Assembly (NCBI GenBank): GCA_041675165.1
Contig: JBAYUI010000001.1
Location: forward strand, 6,901 to 70,900
Direction: 5' to 3'
Length of the DNA stretch: 64,000 nucleotides
Origin: Parcubacteria group bacterium
GTDB lineage: Bacteria; Patescibacteriota; Minisyncoccia; Moranbacterales; UBA2206
Shown piece after piece: positions 16,332 through 26,600 of this stretch. The notes under the pieces are model-generated. The model was not told where the DNA came from. It did not search any database and saw only the letters and a list, made by a program, of their open reading frames with translations. The position numbers and the translations under genes are program-made. Each line of letters starts with the position of its first letter. The stretch's first letter is position 1.

Positions 16332-17489
16332 TTAGTTTTTCTGTTCCGGAAAAATATCTTCCGCTAGGATGTTCTTTATCTTTTCCATCATCTTCAGGCC
16401 CACTTCGGCCGTGTCAGAGGAATCGATCCTGACCTGCAGGAAGTTGCGGATGATGTCGCCGTCGATCTGGAGACTTATCTTCTGGATGTTTTTCGTGTCG
16501 ACAGTCTTTATCAGGGCTACGGAAGTCTGGGGTGTATCATTGTAGACAAGCATAAAAATGCGTCCCTCGCCGTAATTCTCTTCCAATTTATCCAAAATGA
16601 GCGGCAGGTCACTGGGCGTGGCGCGGCTTTGCACAAAATCCTCTACGGTCAGTTCGGACCATACGATGTGAGCTTCTTTTTCCAGATTGATTTTGGCCAT
16701 CGCTCGGCCCCATAGCTTCAGGATCTGAAGCGGTTGAGTCTTATATAGCCAACGGATGATGGTTTGTTGATCGGCGCCACGGTTCATAAGAGCTGCAGCC
16801 AAGGAGAGAGCCTTCGGAGTGGTATTTTTTTTCTGGAAGCTTTCAGTCGCGCCGATAAGGCCGGTCATAAGGCAGGTGGCTATAGTTTCATCTATGAGAC
16901 TGTCATAGTAGGTTTCAAAAAAACTGGCGCATATTTCAGAAGAAGATGAAGCGGTGATGTCGACCAGATTGATCTGCCCGAAGTTATCATTGCCGCTGTG
17001 GTGGTCTATATTGACGACGGGCACTTCGAAGAACAAGTCGGTGTTGCCGGTATAAATTTTACCCAAGGTTTCCAAGTCGGAACTGTCGATGACGATGACT
17101 AGGTCATATTTGAATTTGGCGAGGATGAAAGAAAAGTCGCGCGGGTCGATGGCGCCTTTTTCGGGCGTGACCATAATATTGAAGCGGCCATCTTTTTCTT
17201 CTTGGCGGATCTGCATAATTTTGTTGCGGGTCGTGTCGAAAGACAGGACGAAATCGCGCGCGCCGGAAATTTCAGCCAATATTTTCGCGGGGCGCGGCAG
17301 AAAGTCGAATTTGGCTGACAGATGGTTGGAGAAAGCGATGGTCGGATTGATATGCTTATTCTCCAGAAAATAGTACAGTGCCCAAGCCGATCCGACGGCA
17401 TCAGCGCTGGGATTTTCCGGAATAAGGATAAGTATGTCCTTGGAGTTTTCCAGGAATTTCTTGAATTGTTCTTGTGAGGAAAGAGACAT
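16332..17489 (-). CDS. nrnA: DHH-family phosphoesterase, NrnA-like (oligoribonuclease/pAp phosphatase)
   Basis: DHH motif region VVNIDHHSGNDNFG, N-terminal DHH and C-terminal DHHA1-like halves (GGGH-like region ...TGLIGATESF...). Confidence 0.65.
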   Translation of the reverse strand: MSLSSQEQFKKFLENSKDILILIPENPSADAVGSAWALYYFLENKHINPTIAFSNHLSAKFDFLPRPAKILAEISGARDFVLSFDTTRNKIMQIRQEEKDGRFNIMVTPEKGAIDPRDFSFILAKFKYDLVIVIDSSDLETLGKIYTGNTDLFFEVPVVNIDHHSGNDNFGQINLVDITASSSSEICASFFETYYDSLIDETIATCLMTGLIGATESFQKKNTTPKALSLAAALMNRGADQQTIIRWLYKTQPLQILKLWGRAMAKINLEKEAHIVWSELTVEDFVQSRATPSDLPLILDKLEENYGEGRIFMLVYNDTPQTSVALIKTVDTKNIQKISLQIDGDIIRNFLQVRIDSSDTAEVGLKMMEKIKNILAEDIFPEQKN

Positions 17490-17605
17490 TGGACTTGAGG
17501 ATAATTATTCAAACTCAGCTTAAAATGCAACAGTCCTATAAGATAGCAGGCCCAAGGAAGGATGTCAAATATAGACAAAAAGAAATGAAATACTGAAGAA
17601 GATGA

Positions 17606-17783
17606 AATGAGTATTGTGCTGACGGGTAATCCCATCATTGGCAAGGAAGAGGAATTGACGCGTTTGGATGGAACTAAGGCTTGGGCATTAGTTACTAAGT
17701 TTCCTTGGATTGACGATGATAGCGGAGAAATAATTGGAATCATTGGTATCGTAAGAGATATTACGGACAGAAAGGAGCGATAA
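17606..17783 (+). pseudogene. Orphan PAS-domain C-terminal fragment, frameshifted in a T4 run
   Basis: Frame A from ATG 17606 gives MSIVLTGNPIIGKEEELTRLDGTKAWALVTKF, then stops. Frame B continues PWIDDDSGEIIGIIGIVRDITDRKER* (PAS-like tail). The two frames join across TTTT at 17699-17702. Confidence 0.3.
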
Positions 17784-17862
17784 AAAAATAAACGACAAAA
17801 AAGGTCTGTGGGAAAAATTTCCTGCAGAATTTTTATTTTTATAATTCAATAAAAAAAGAAAA

Positions 17863-18963
17863 TTATCCCGCCCAATAATTATTGACGAACAGGATGATGT
17901 CTAGAGCTAAAAATAAAATCGAAGAAAAAATCCAGACTTGTTGAAAAGTTTTGTTTTTGACTTTGGCTAGCAGAATGAAGACTGGGAAAAGCACCAAGCT
18001 ATAACGACCGATACTCATAAGGGTGCCGGAAGTGAGGGCCGCCAAAACCGTAAGAGACATAAAAACAGCGTAGAGTGGGGACAAATTTTTGTACGTCAAA
18101 AAAATCATCGTTAAGATAAGAAGCGTGAAAAAAATATCGATGCCCATATTCACGATTGAGGGATGAGAGAAAAGTGAGAAATGTTCCCAGTTGATGGAAA
18201 ACGATCTTCCCCAGGCGCTCTCGATGTTGAAAAACAAAAAAAGACTGTGGAATTTCAGATAGTCGTAAAAAATGAAAGCGAAACTGGCGAGTGGCGCTAG
18301 TGCGACGGGAATAATTTTAGTAGAAAACAGACTTTTCCAGCCATAATTTCTCCATGTTTCCCACAGGATCGGCAGCGCCAAAAAAACGCCATTGCTGTGC
18401 GTGAGGGCGCCAAGCAAGGCGAATACACCGGCCAAATAGAAATTCTTTTTGAAAGTGTAATAGAAAGTAGCGATGGTCAAGAAGAAGAAAAGTGCTTCAG
18501 TGTAGACAATGTTGAAAAAGAAGGCGGTGGGGAAAACCAGCATCAGGATAATAGGCAATTCTGGGTCGATGTCCGGATGGAATTCTTGCAGGAATTTGTA
18601 GAAAAAAGAGCAACCGGCCAGAAGGGCTGACATGCTGATGATCCAGCCGGCCAGCACATAATTGCCAAACAAGAGAGTGCCAAAAATTGTCATTAAAAAC
18701 GGATAGAGCGGGAAAAAAACGACATTGGAAAGCGTGTTGTCATTTTTCAAATAGTATCCGTTTTTTATGATATCGAGGTACCAATACGTGTCCCAATGGT
18801 TGTGCATATTAACGATATCCCAGCTTTGGGCGGTAGGAAAACTACTCGGCGTGATCCAAGTATAAGCCGTGTCGGGCTTAAGATTGAAACGGTTCAAGGC
18901 CACAAATCCGAAAAGATTCACCGCGACAAGCCAAAGTGTAACTAAAAGCAATATCCTTTTCAT
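17863..18963 (-). CDS. Polytopic membrane protein, GT-C-like glycosyltransferase fold (PIG-V/DUF2079-like); tentative
   Basis: 366 aa with about 10 TM helices, an N-terminal loop with aromatic and acidic residues, and no soluble domain. Confidence 0.35.
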   Translation of the reverse strand: MKRILLLVTLWLVAVNLFGFVALNRFNLKPDTAYTWITPSSFPTAQSWDIVNMHNHWDTYWYLDIIKNGYYLKNDNTLSNVVFFPLYPFLMTIFGTLLFGNYVLAGWIISMSALLAGCSFFYKFLQEFHPDIDPELPIILMLVFPTAFFFNIVYTEALFFFLTIATFYYTFKKNFYLAGVFALLGALTHSNGVFLALPILWETWRNYGWKSLFSTKIIPVALAPLASFAFIFYDYLKFHSLFLFFNIESAWGRSFSINWEHFSLFSHPSIVNMGIDIFFTLLILTMIFLTYKNLSPLYAVFMSLTVLAALTSGTLMSIGRYSLVLFPVFILLAKVKNKTFQQVWIFSSILFLALDIILFVNNYWAG

Positions 18964-19153
18964 TTTAATAGGGTTTAAGGTTTATACCGTTATAGTAATT
19001 TGGAAATAGAATTGTGACAAGTCAAAATCGAGTTTTTATATGGCTCTTGATTTTAAAAAAGATTTGTGTAATATTAGTATAGTTAATGAATGAGATGGTT
19101 TCCTTCGCGACTAGCGGGCTTCGCCCGCTGAAAGTCGCTTCGGCGAGACGAAG

Positions 19154-19228
19154 GCGGGTGTCGTATAGTGGCTATTATATCAGCCTTCCAAGCTGAGGAG
19201 GGGGGTTCGATTCCCCCTACCCGCTCCA
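19154..19228 (+). tRNA. tRNA-Gly (anticodon TCC)
   Basis: Manually folded. Acceptor GCGGGTG/TACCCGC (one G-T pair). Anticodon stem TCAGC/GCTGA with loop CTTCCAA. T-arm GGGGG-TTCGATT-CCCCC. Discriminator T and an encoded CCA. Confidence 0.8.
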
Positions 19229-19256
19229 TTAAAACAAACAAGCAAGCGGATTTTCT

Positions 19257-20282
19257 ATGATGAATTTTTTGCGCGGATTTTATTGTGAAAAAAAGCTTTG
19301 GTATGCAGCAGCCTTGATATTGGCGGCTGTTTTGTTTTTTAGCGGATTTTATGCGGGGAAAAGGCAGATGCAAAAAAATGACCAAAATGATGGTCAACTG
19401 CAAGATAAGGAAATCCGTCAGACGGGGTATAAATTTATCAGTCCTCTTTTGGAATGTGAAATCGGGGGATATCCTTTGTTGAAAAATTCAGAGCTGAAAA
19501 TAAAGGAAGCTGTTCAGGGCAGAATAATCGACAAGAATCCTGATGATTTCATCTCTTTGTATTTCAGGGATCTCAATAATGGCCCTTCTTTTGGAATAAG
19601 CGAACAGGAAAGTTTTTCTCCTGCCAGCCTTTTAAAAGTGCCCTTGATGATGGCGTATTATAAATATGCTGAAAATGAGCCTCAAATCCTAGATCGGAGC
19701 GTCAATTACGCGGGGTCTCCCCAGCAATTCCAACAAGCGATTGTTCCGGGAAAACATATTGAGATCGGGAAAAACTATACCATAGAAGAATTGATTGAGG
19801 CGATGATAAAATATAGCGACAACGAAGCCACTAATCTGCTTTTCCAGAACATCAGCCAGGACAAACTAAAAGTAGTTTTTGATGATCTGGGCATAGCTAT
19901 GCCGGATGTTTATGACCCGAACAATGCTATGCCTGTAAAAGACTATGCTTCTTTCTTCCGCATACTCTATAATGCCTCTTATTTGGATCGGGATATGTCA
20001 GAGCGCGCACTCGATCTTCTTTCGACCGTGGAATATAAGGACGGGCTTATCGCGGGCGTGCCCCCCGACGTGGCTATTTCTCATAAATTTGGAGAAAGAG
20101 AGTTGACAGACAAAAAAGGAGGAATAATAAATCAATTGCACGATTGTGGCATTGTCTATTATCCGGAGCATCCATATTTGCTCTGCATTATGACAAAAGG
20201 AAAAAACATCAATAATCTCTCAAGGAGCATTTCGAGCATTTCTAAAATAGTCTACGAAGAGGTCTCTTCAAGAAATAGATGA
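19257..20282 (+). CDS. Class A beta-lactamase-fold serine hydrolase (PenP-like), N-terminal membrane anchor
   Basis: SxxK (SLLK) and SDN (YSDNEATN) motifs are present. The KTG position is degenerate (HKFG), so probably not a canonical lactamase. Confidence 0.55.
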   Translation: MMNFLRGFYCEKKLWYAAALILAAVLFFSGFYAGKRQMQKNDQNDGQLQDKEIRQTGYKFISPLLECEIGGYPLLKNSELKIKEAVQGRIIDKNPDDFISLYFRDLNNGPSFGISEQESFSPASLLKVPLMMAYYKYAENEPQILDRSVNYAGSPQQFQQAIVPGKHIEIGKNYTIEELIEAMIKYSDNEATNLLFQNISQDKLKVVFDDLGIAMPDVYDPNNAMPVKDYASFFRILYNASYLDRDMSERALDLLSTVEYKDGLIAGVPPDVAISHKFGERELTDKKGGIINQLHDCGIVYYPEHPYLLCIMTKGKNINNLSRSISSISKIVYEEVSSRNR

Positions 20283-20625
20283 CCCGCTCGCCCTCCATTT
20301 TAAAAAGGGTATCTTTTTGGACCAAATATTGTCCGATTTTTTGTTTGAAAGCAGGCAGTATGGCGGGAGGACGCTTTGACAAGCTGTGGATAACTTATGG
20401 AAAGAATCACAAAAGACGGTCATTCAAGAAAAAAGAGAATTACTTTTTAACATAACGCAAAAGAGGAAATAATAGAAAAAAGATTGAATAAAAAAACGAA
20501 ACAGAATATGCTCGGAATAATAGGGGGGGGATTGAGTTTTTTAGCTTTATAAAAGCCTAAAAAATCAAAAAGGTCGAGAGCTGTCTGAACCACCCTCTTT
20601 TTTGCTTATCAAAAGCAAAATACTG

Positions 20626-20634
20626 TGGTATAAT
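20626..20634 (+). promoter_or_regulatory. Extended -10 element TGGTATAAT upstream of the giant gene
   Basis: Read from the sequence. The identical TGGTATAAT box also precedes ppsA (56518-56531). Confidence 0.35.
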
Positions 20635-20677
20635 CCATATGGAGTATGTGCTTGGGTGAGGTATCAAACTGTTTATT

Positions 20678-23600
20678 TTGGTATCTCTTTTCATTTTTAG
20701 AATGCTGCAAAACAAAAAAACAAAAAATAAGGAAAAAGAGGTTGAAAAACCGCTTAAAAAATCAATAAAAAAAGCTCTCATTGGAAAAAAGGGGTATTTT
20801 GCTGTCCAAAGAAGAAGGGGAGTGAAAAAAAATGATATTGCTAAAGCTAAAATAATTGAAAAAATAGAAGAATACGACCCTGAAATACTGAAAACGGTCA
20901 AATCTTGGAATTTTTCGGAAAAAAGAAAGGACGAGTTTTTCATAAGACAGACCCTTGAAGAATATGTTTCACTTGACCATACGGACAAGAAAGACTTGGG
21001 GAAAGCTTATTTTTGGAATTTATTCTTAGGAAAATTTGTTTTATCAATAAAACAAATTTTCAGACAAGTTTTTAAAGCGGGATTTAAGTTTTCTTATAGG
21101 GCAATATCCGTTTTGGCTATTGCTTTTTTGGTGTATGGAATTTCGCCGGCGGCTCTTTGCGCTCCCAAATCGGTCGCAATAACTACAAAGGCTGATTGGG
21201 ATCTGGGTCAGTTTTCCGGAGTGACTACACAGAATTCTGTCGATTCGATCCAGATGGAACCAAGTGGGACTTGGACAGCTCGAACTTGGGCATCACCAGA
21301 GGACACCATAGGCTTCGGGCATAGTTCTGTAATGGTGGGCGATTATCTCTATGTTTTCCGAGGTTATTCCGGAGATACTTTTTGGAGATATGATACTATC
21401 AAAAATACTTGGTCAACAATGGCGGGACTGCCACAACCGGCATTCTATGGGGCAGATATGACATATTTGGCCAGTACGGGAAAGATATATGCAATGTTCG
21501 GAGGCTATTCTCAAAAATTTTATAGCTATGATATAGATTCAAATTCTTGGACAAAACTGACTGATATGTTAGATACGCCATGGACAGGCGCGGCGATGGA
21601 AGGGAACGGAACGAGCATTTTTATTGTCAGGGGAAATGCCAGTACTGATTTTTGGGAATATGACACTGTTTCCAGTAGCTGGATAAATCGACCACCGATT
21701 ACGGCGGCTGTCGGAGCCGGGGCGGATATTGTGAATGGACAGGATGGAAATTTATATCTGGTCAGGGGATCTGGAACTCAAACTTTCTATCGGTATGATA
21801 TCGCTGGTCACAGATGGTACGCGACCGTGGCTCAACTCCCTTCGACTTGTGGCGCGGCGGCAAATGCAGCTTGCACTTTTGGAAACGAACAAAAAGGAGT
21901 CTATCGGAATGGAAAATTGTACTTTATGCGTTCTAATGGTACGCAAGATATGTTGCAATATGACATTTCTGGAAATGCTTGGACGGCTCTAACGACAGAT
22001 ATGACTCCTCAAGCGGTCAATTATGGTTCTTTGACTCTGAATACAAATGATAATTTAATATATGCCTTCAGAGCTAATGGCACGACTGATTTTTGGAAAT
22101 TCGATCCCGATGCGGCATCCGGACAAAAGTGGGTCGGACCAAAACAGGTGCAAACAACCGCAGGCGTCCTTTCTACTGTAGGCACAGGCAGTGATTTGGT
22201 TTGGAATCAGAATTATGGCGGAAATAACTACGTGTACGCTATCCAAGGCAGGGGAACGACGGGATTTTTTGTGTATAATGTAGCGAATAATTCTTGGACG
22301 ACCGGTACGGTACTTCCCATCTCTCCGAATAGTGATATGAAAGGAGCGATCAACCCGGCTAATGGAGCGCTTTATTATCCGCGTTCTGGATCGGCTAATA
22401 TCCTCATTTACAGCGGAGGCACTGCCGGTACTTGGGCCAATATGTCGCCGGCACCACCCATAGCACCGGCCGATGGAGCCAGTGTTGCTTTTCAAGGCAC
22501 CAATCTATATTATCGGCCCGGCAATGGAAGTCAGAATATTTATCGATACAATGGCACAAGTTGGTCAGCGGCAATCCCTATGGCAACTGTAGATAGCGGA
22601 ACGACCACGACTTATTATGCCAATACGGGAGGCAGAATGATTTCGGATGGAACTAATGTTTATGCAACACTGGGAGATGGTGAAACAACATTTTTGAAAT
22701 ATGACGGAAGTGCTTGGTTAACATTGTCCGCCACGCCATTCTCGCAATATTATGGGAGTGATATGACGTATGACAGCGTTAATTCAAAAATATATGCCTT
22801 AGCCGGATTATATAAGAATGAGACTTGGGAATATGACATAGCCACTGATGTTTGGAGAAGGTTGCCGAATAACCAGAAATATACTTTTGATAGGGGACCG
22901 TACAATGGTGCTTCGATCGAATATTCCGGCAATACCTCTTTATACGCAACTACAGGCCAAAGCCTTTCTGATATATGGAGTTATACCGTCTCAGCTACAA
23001 ATTTTCCAACTTCCGGAACTTACACTTATGCCAGTCAAATGATCGACCTCGGGCAAGTTTCCAGTGGTTCGGCATTCACTTTCAATGAGGAAAGGCCGGC
23101 CAATACTTCTACGAAGTACGAGCTGTGTACAAATGCGGACGGTGCGGCCTGTTCTTCTTGGCACAATGTAACGGACGGCGTGATCAGCGACCTAACCATT
23201 GGCAGGTATGTCTGGGTGAAAGTCACCTTATCTACGAGTGATGGGGCCAGCACTCCAACAGTGAATGATTATACCATTTCTTATGCTTCAAGCGATACCG
23301 TTCCTTCTTCGCCTACGACAATAGTGGCTAAATCTCAGCAAGTGGACGGGTCAGATATCGTAGCTGACACGGAATACGCATATGAGCACCCCTATTTTTC
23401 TTGGACAGCCGGAGCGGATAATGGCTCAGGAATAGATGGTTATTATGTCTATTGGGGAAAAAACAGCTCCGCGGATCCGGCAAGTGAAGGAAGTTACCAG
23501 GCAACTGGCCACTATACGGTCAACGAGGCGATGAATTATGATACTAGTCCGGTGCATCCCTACGGCACATATTATTTAATCGTGAAGGCTAAAGATAAGA

Positions 23601-26600
23601 ACGGGTTGGTATCAGACGCTTGGTCAGCTTTTACTTACAAATACAAAGGTGTTTCTCCGTCACAAGTATCGAGTAAAACATTACAAAGCGATTTCAATAA
23701 AGCGGGAGCCGACTTTGATGACGGGAAAATATCATACTCGGCTGTTGATGGATCAATGCGCCTGTCAAACACTTCCGGTTTTTGGAATCAGGCTCGATTA
23801 TCAGCTTCACCCTATTATACGCATATAGGGGGTCAGGCAGTGTTGGGGGGATGTAAGACGACTGGGCAATCCCAATTAAGTGGCAATCATTGCGTTTATA
23901 CATTTCAAGGAAACAATCAATTGGTTTTTATGCGGTATGAGATTGAAACGGATACATGGATAAATTCAACCGCTAATATAGCCGAGATAAAACCAGCCTT
24001 GTCAGCGGTTAATAATGGAGGAACGATGGTGGCTGGTCCGGAGGGTTATCTCTATGCGACCAAGGGTGTCACCACGCCAACTTTTTGGCGCTATGACATT
24101 GCTAACGCGGCATGGACACAAATTGATGATGCACCGAAAAATTTCGATTATGGTTCTGTCTTGACGTATGATGACAGTCGATATATCTATGCTATGCCAG
24201 GAAATGACGATGCGACATATCGATATGACACTTGTAACGGTCAAGATGGAAGTTGCAGTCCGCAATGGACCCAACTAACCAATGCCCAATTCGGGAACCC
24301 CAATACGGTTGACGGACAAAAGACCTACGAAGGAGCGGATGGTATTTATGACGGACGGAACAATATGTATGTGATGCAAGGCAACTATTATCCGTATATG
24401 GCTAAATATTCCATTGCTGACGACGAAGGGCGTGGAGAAGTGCATAATACTTGGACATCTCTTTCGGCCGCGCCCGTCGGTTTCTATAACGGAGGCAGTT
24501 TGTCTTTCGACGGGGATCATACAATCTATGCTTTAGCGGGAAATTCTCGTATGAAGTTTATGAAATATGACACCAACACCGACGCATGGTCATTCCTTCC
24601 GGACGCGCCTGCCACAATTTCATATGGAGCTTCTCTCGTTTTTCATAACGGCTATCTCTATGCCACTCGAGGGGGAACTTATACGACGTTCTATCGTTAT
24701 AATACGATTGATAACACGTGGGAGATTCCCAATCATAATTTTTTCGGCAATACGGATGTGACAGGGGCAGTTTATCTCCCTTATTCCAATGGAGCTTCAA
24801 TGGCGGATGACGGAGGCGGAAATATATATATATATAGAGGCGGATTCGATAATACTTTTGGACGATATAATTCTTCGACCGGTGTTTTTACCACCCTATC
24901 CAAGTTACCGATGGGTGCCGGCAACGGAGCGAATATTGTATATAATGGAACGGAGAATGCTATCTACTATGTTTCCGGCAATACCATAAGAACAAGACGG
25001 ACCGGGACGGATACGCAGAACCCATACTTTTTCAAATATGATATAACCAGTAATACTTGGTCACAAATAACCACCGATCGTCCTTTGGCTCAAATATGGC
25101 TGGGATCGTCAATGACCTATGACGGGTCTCAATATATCTATCTGACCCAGGGCAATGGTACATCCACTTGGTGGAAATATGATACGTTGGGGGCTGCCGG
25201 TTCAAGGTGGAGCGCTATGAGTACGGTGGGGAGTTGTTCGAGCGGTGACGGAAGTAAGATTTTGTATGTAAGTGGAACGATTTTCCGGACGCAAGGCGCA
25301 GGATCGACTACGAATTGTAAATTTTCTATTTCTAATGGAACGTGGTCAACATTGGGAGCCCTTTTCTTTGGTGCTAACTCCGGATCAAGTCTGGTAGATG
25401 GCAAGGACGGTTATATTTATTTGGCTCGCGGCGGCAATACTAATAGTTATTATCGTTATAACATTTCCCAAAGCGCTCCGGGGTCATGGGAAAATCTGAC
25501 CGGAGCCAATATTCCGGCTCAAGTGACTACGGGCGGTTGGGGAGTAAATTCTAACAATAGGAACTGGTTTACGTCCGGCGCGGGCGGAGGAATAACTTTT
25601 CCGGACGGATTGTATAGCTATATCGTCGGATCTAGTACGAATGCGACGGGTTTTATTAAGACCGGTACATATACTTCAGAACCGATTGATCTTACTCAGG
25701 CTTATAAATTTGCCAACTTGAGCGTCAGCTATATCTTGCCGATCAACACTGCGCTTGAAATCCAAACCAGAACTTCATCCAACGGGTCGACTTGGGGAGA
25801 TTGGACGGATGTTTCAGAAGATCATTCTTTGGGCGATTCTCATACTTTTTCCATAAATTCTTCCGTAAATGAATATATTCAGATAAGGATGATTTTCAGC
25901 TCTTCCGATCAAGTCTATTCTCCGCGCGTAGATGATTTTGCCATAAACTATTATCAAGATCTTTTCCCGCCTGACAATCCTACTGGTATTTCTGCTTACG
26001 ATACCAGTGTCAAAACCAATATTCTTTCTGACAATACTTGGCATAACTACACAGCTCCGTATTTCGAATGGCCGGTCGCTAACAGCGCGGGCGGAGCGGT
26101 TGACAATCAGGGCGGATCGGGCATCGCGGGCTATTATGTCTGTTTCGGGAATAATACTGATTGCGTGGATCCTTATGTGGACGGTAGTTTCCAGATGGGC
26201 AATAGTTTTGTCCCTACCGGTATGGTTTCCGGACAGGATTATCATTTGAGAATAAAGGCCGTGGATAATGCCGGTATGTTTTTGGGTACGAGTTTTGATG
26301 CCTTCACGTATCGATTCGATGATGTGGCTCCGACTAATCCCAGTGAGATTACAGCCGATCCGATAGGTTATTCTTCAGCAGACGCGTTTATTTTCACGTG
26401 GTCTAATGATGTCGGTGATGCTAATTCCGGCGTAGCCAAATTCCAATATCGCACAGGCGGAGATGCGGCAGACATATGGTATGATATTTCTGACCCATAT
26501 GCCGTATCGCAATCCGTCGCGCCATATCAGGCTAACAAGAACACTTTCTATTTGCGCGCGGTGGACAATGCCGGCAATGTTTCCGCTCCGATGACGATGG

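Noticed and set aside
17099-17743. 214-aa minus-strand ORF overlapping the nrnA 5' half
   Set aside because: Out of frame with the well-supported DHH gene. The Cys/Ser/Pro-rich, low-complexity translation indicates a spurious frame.
19083-19403. 106-aa minus-strand ORF
   Set aside because: It overlaps the tRNA-Gly gene and its upstream hairpin, and is antisense to the start of the beta-lactamase-like gene.
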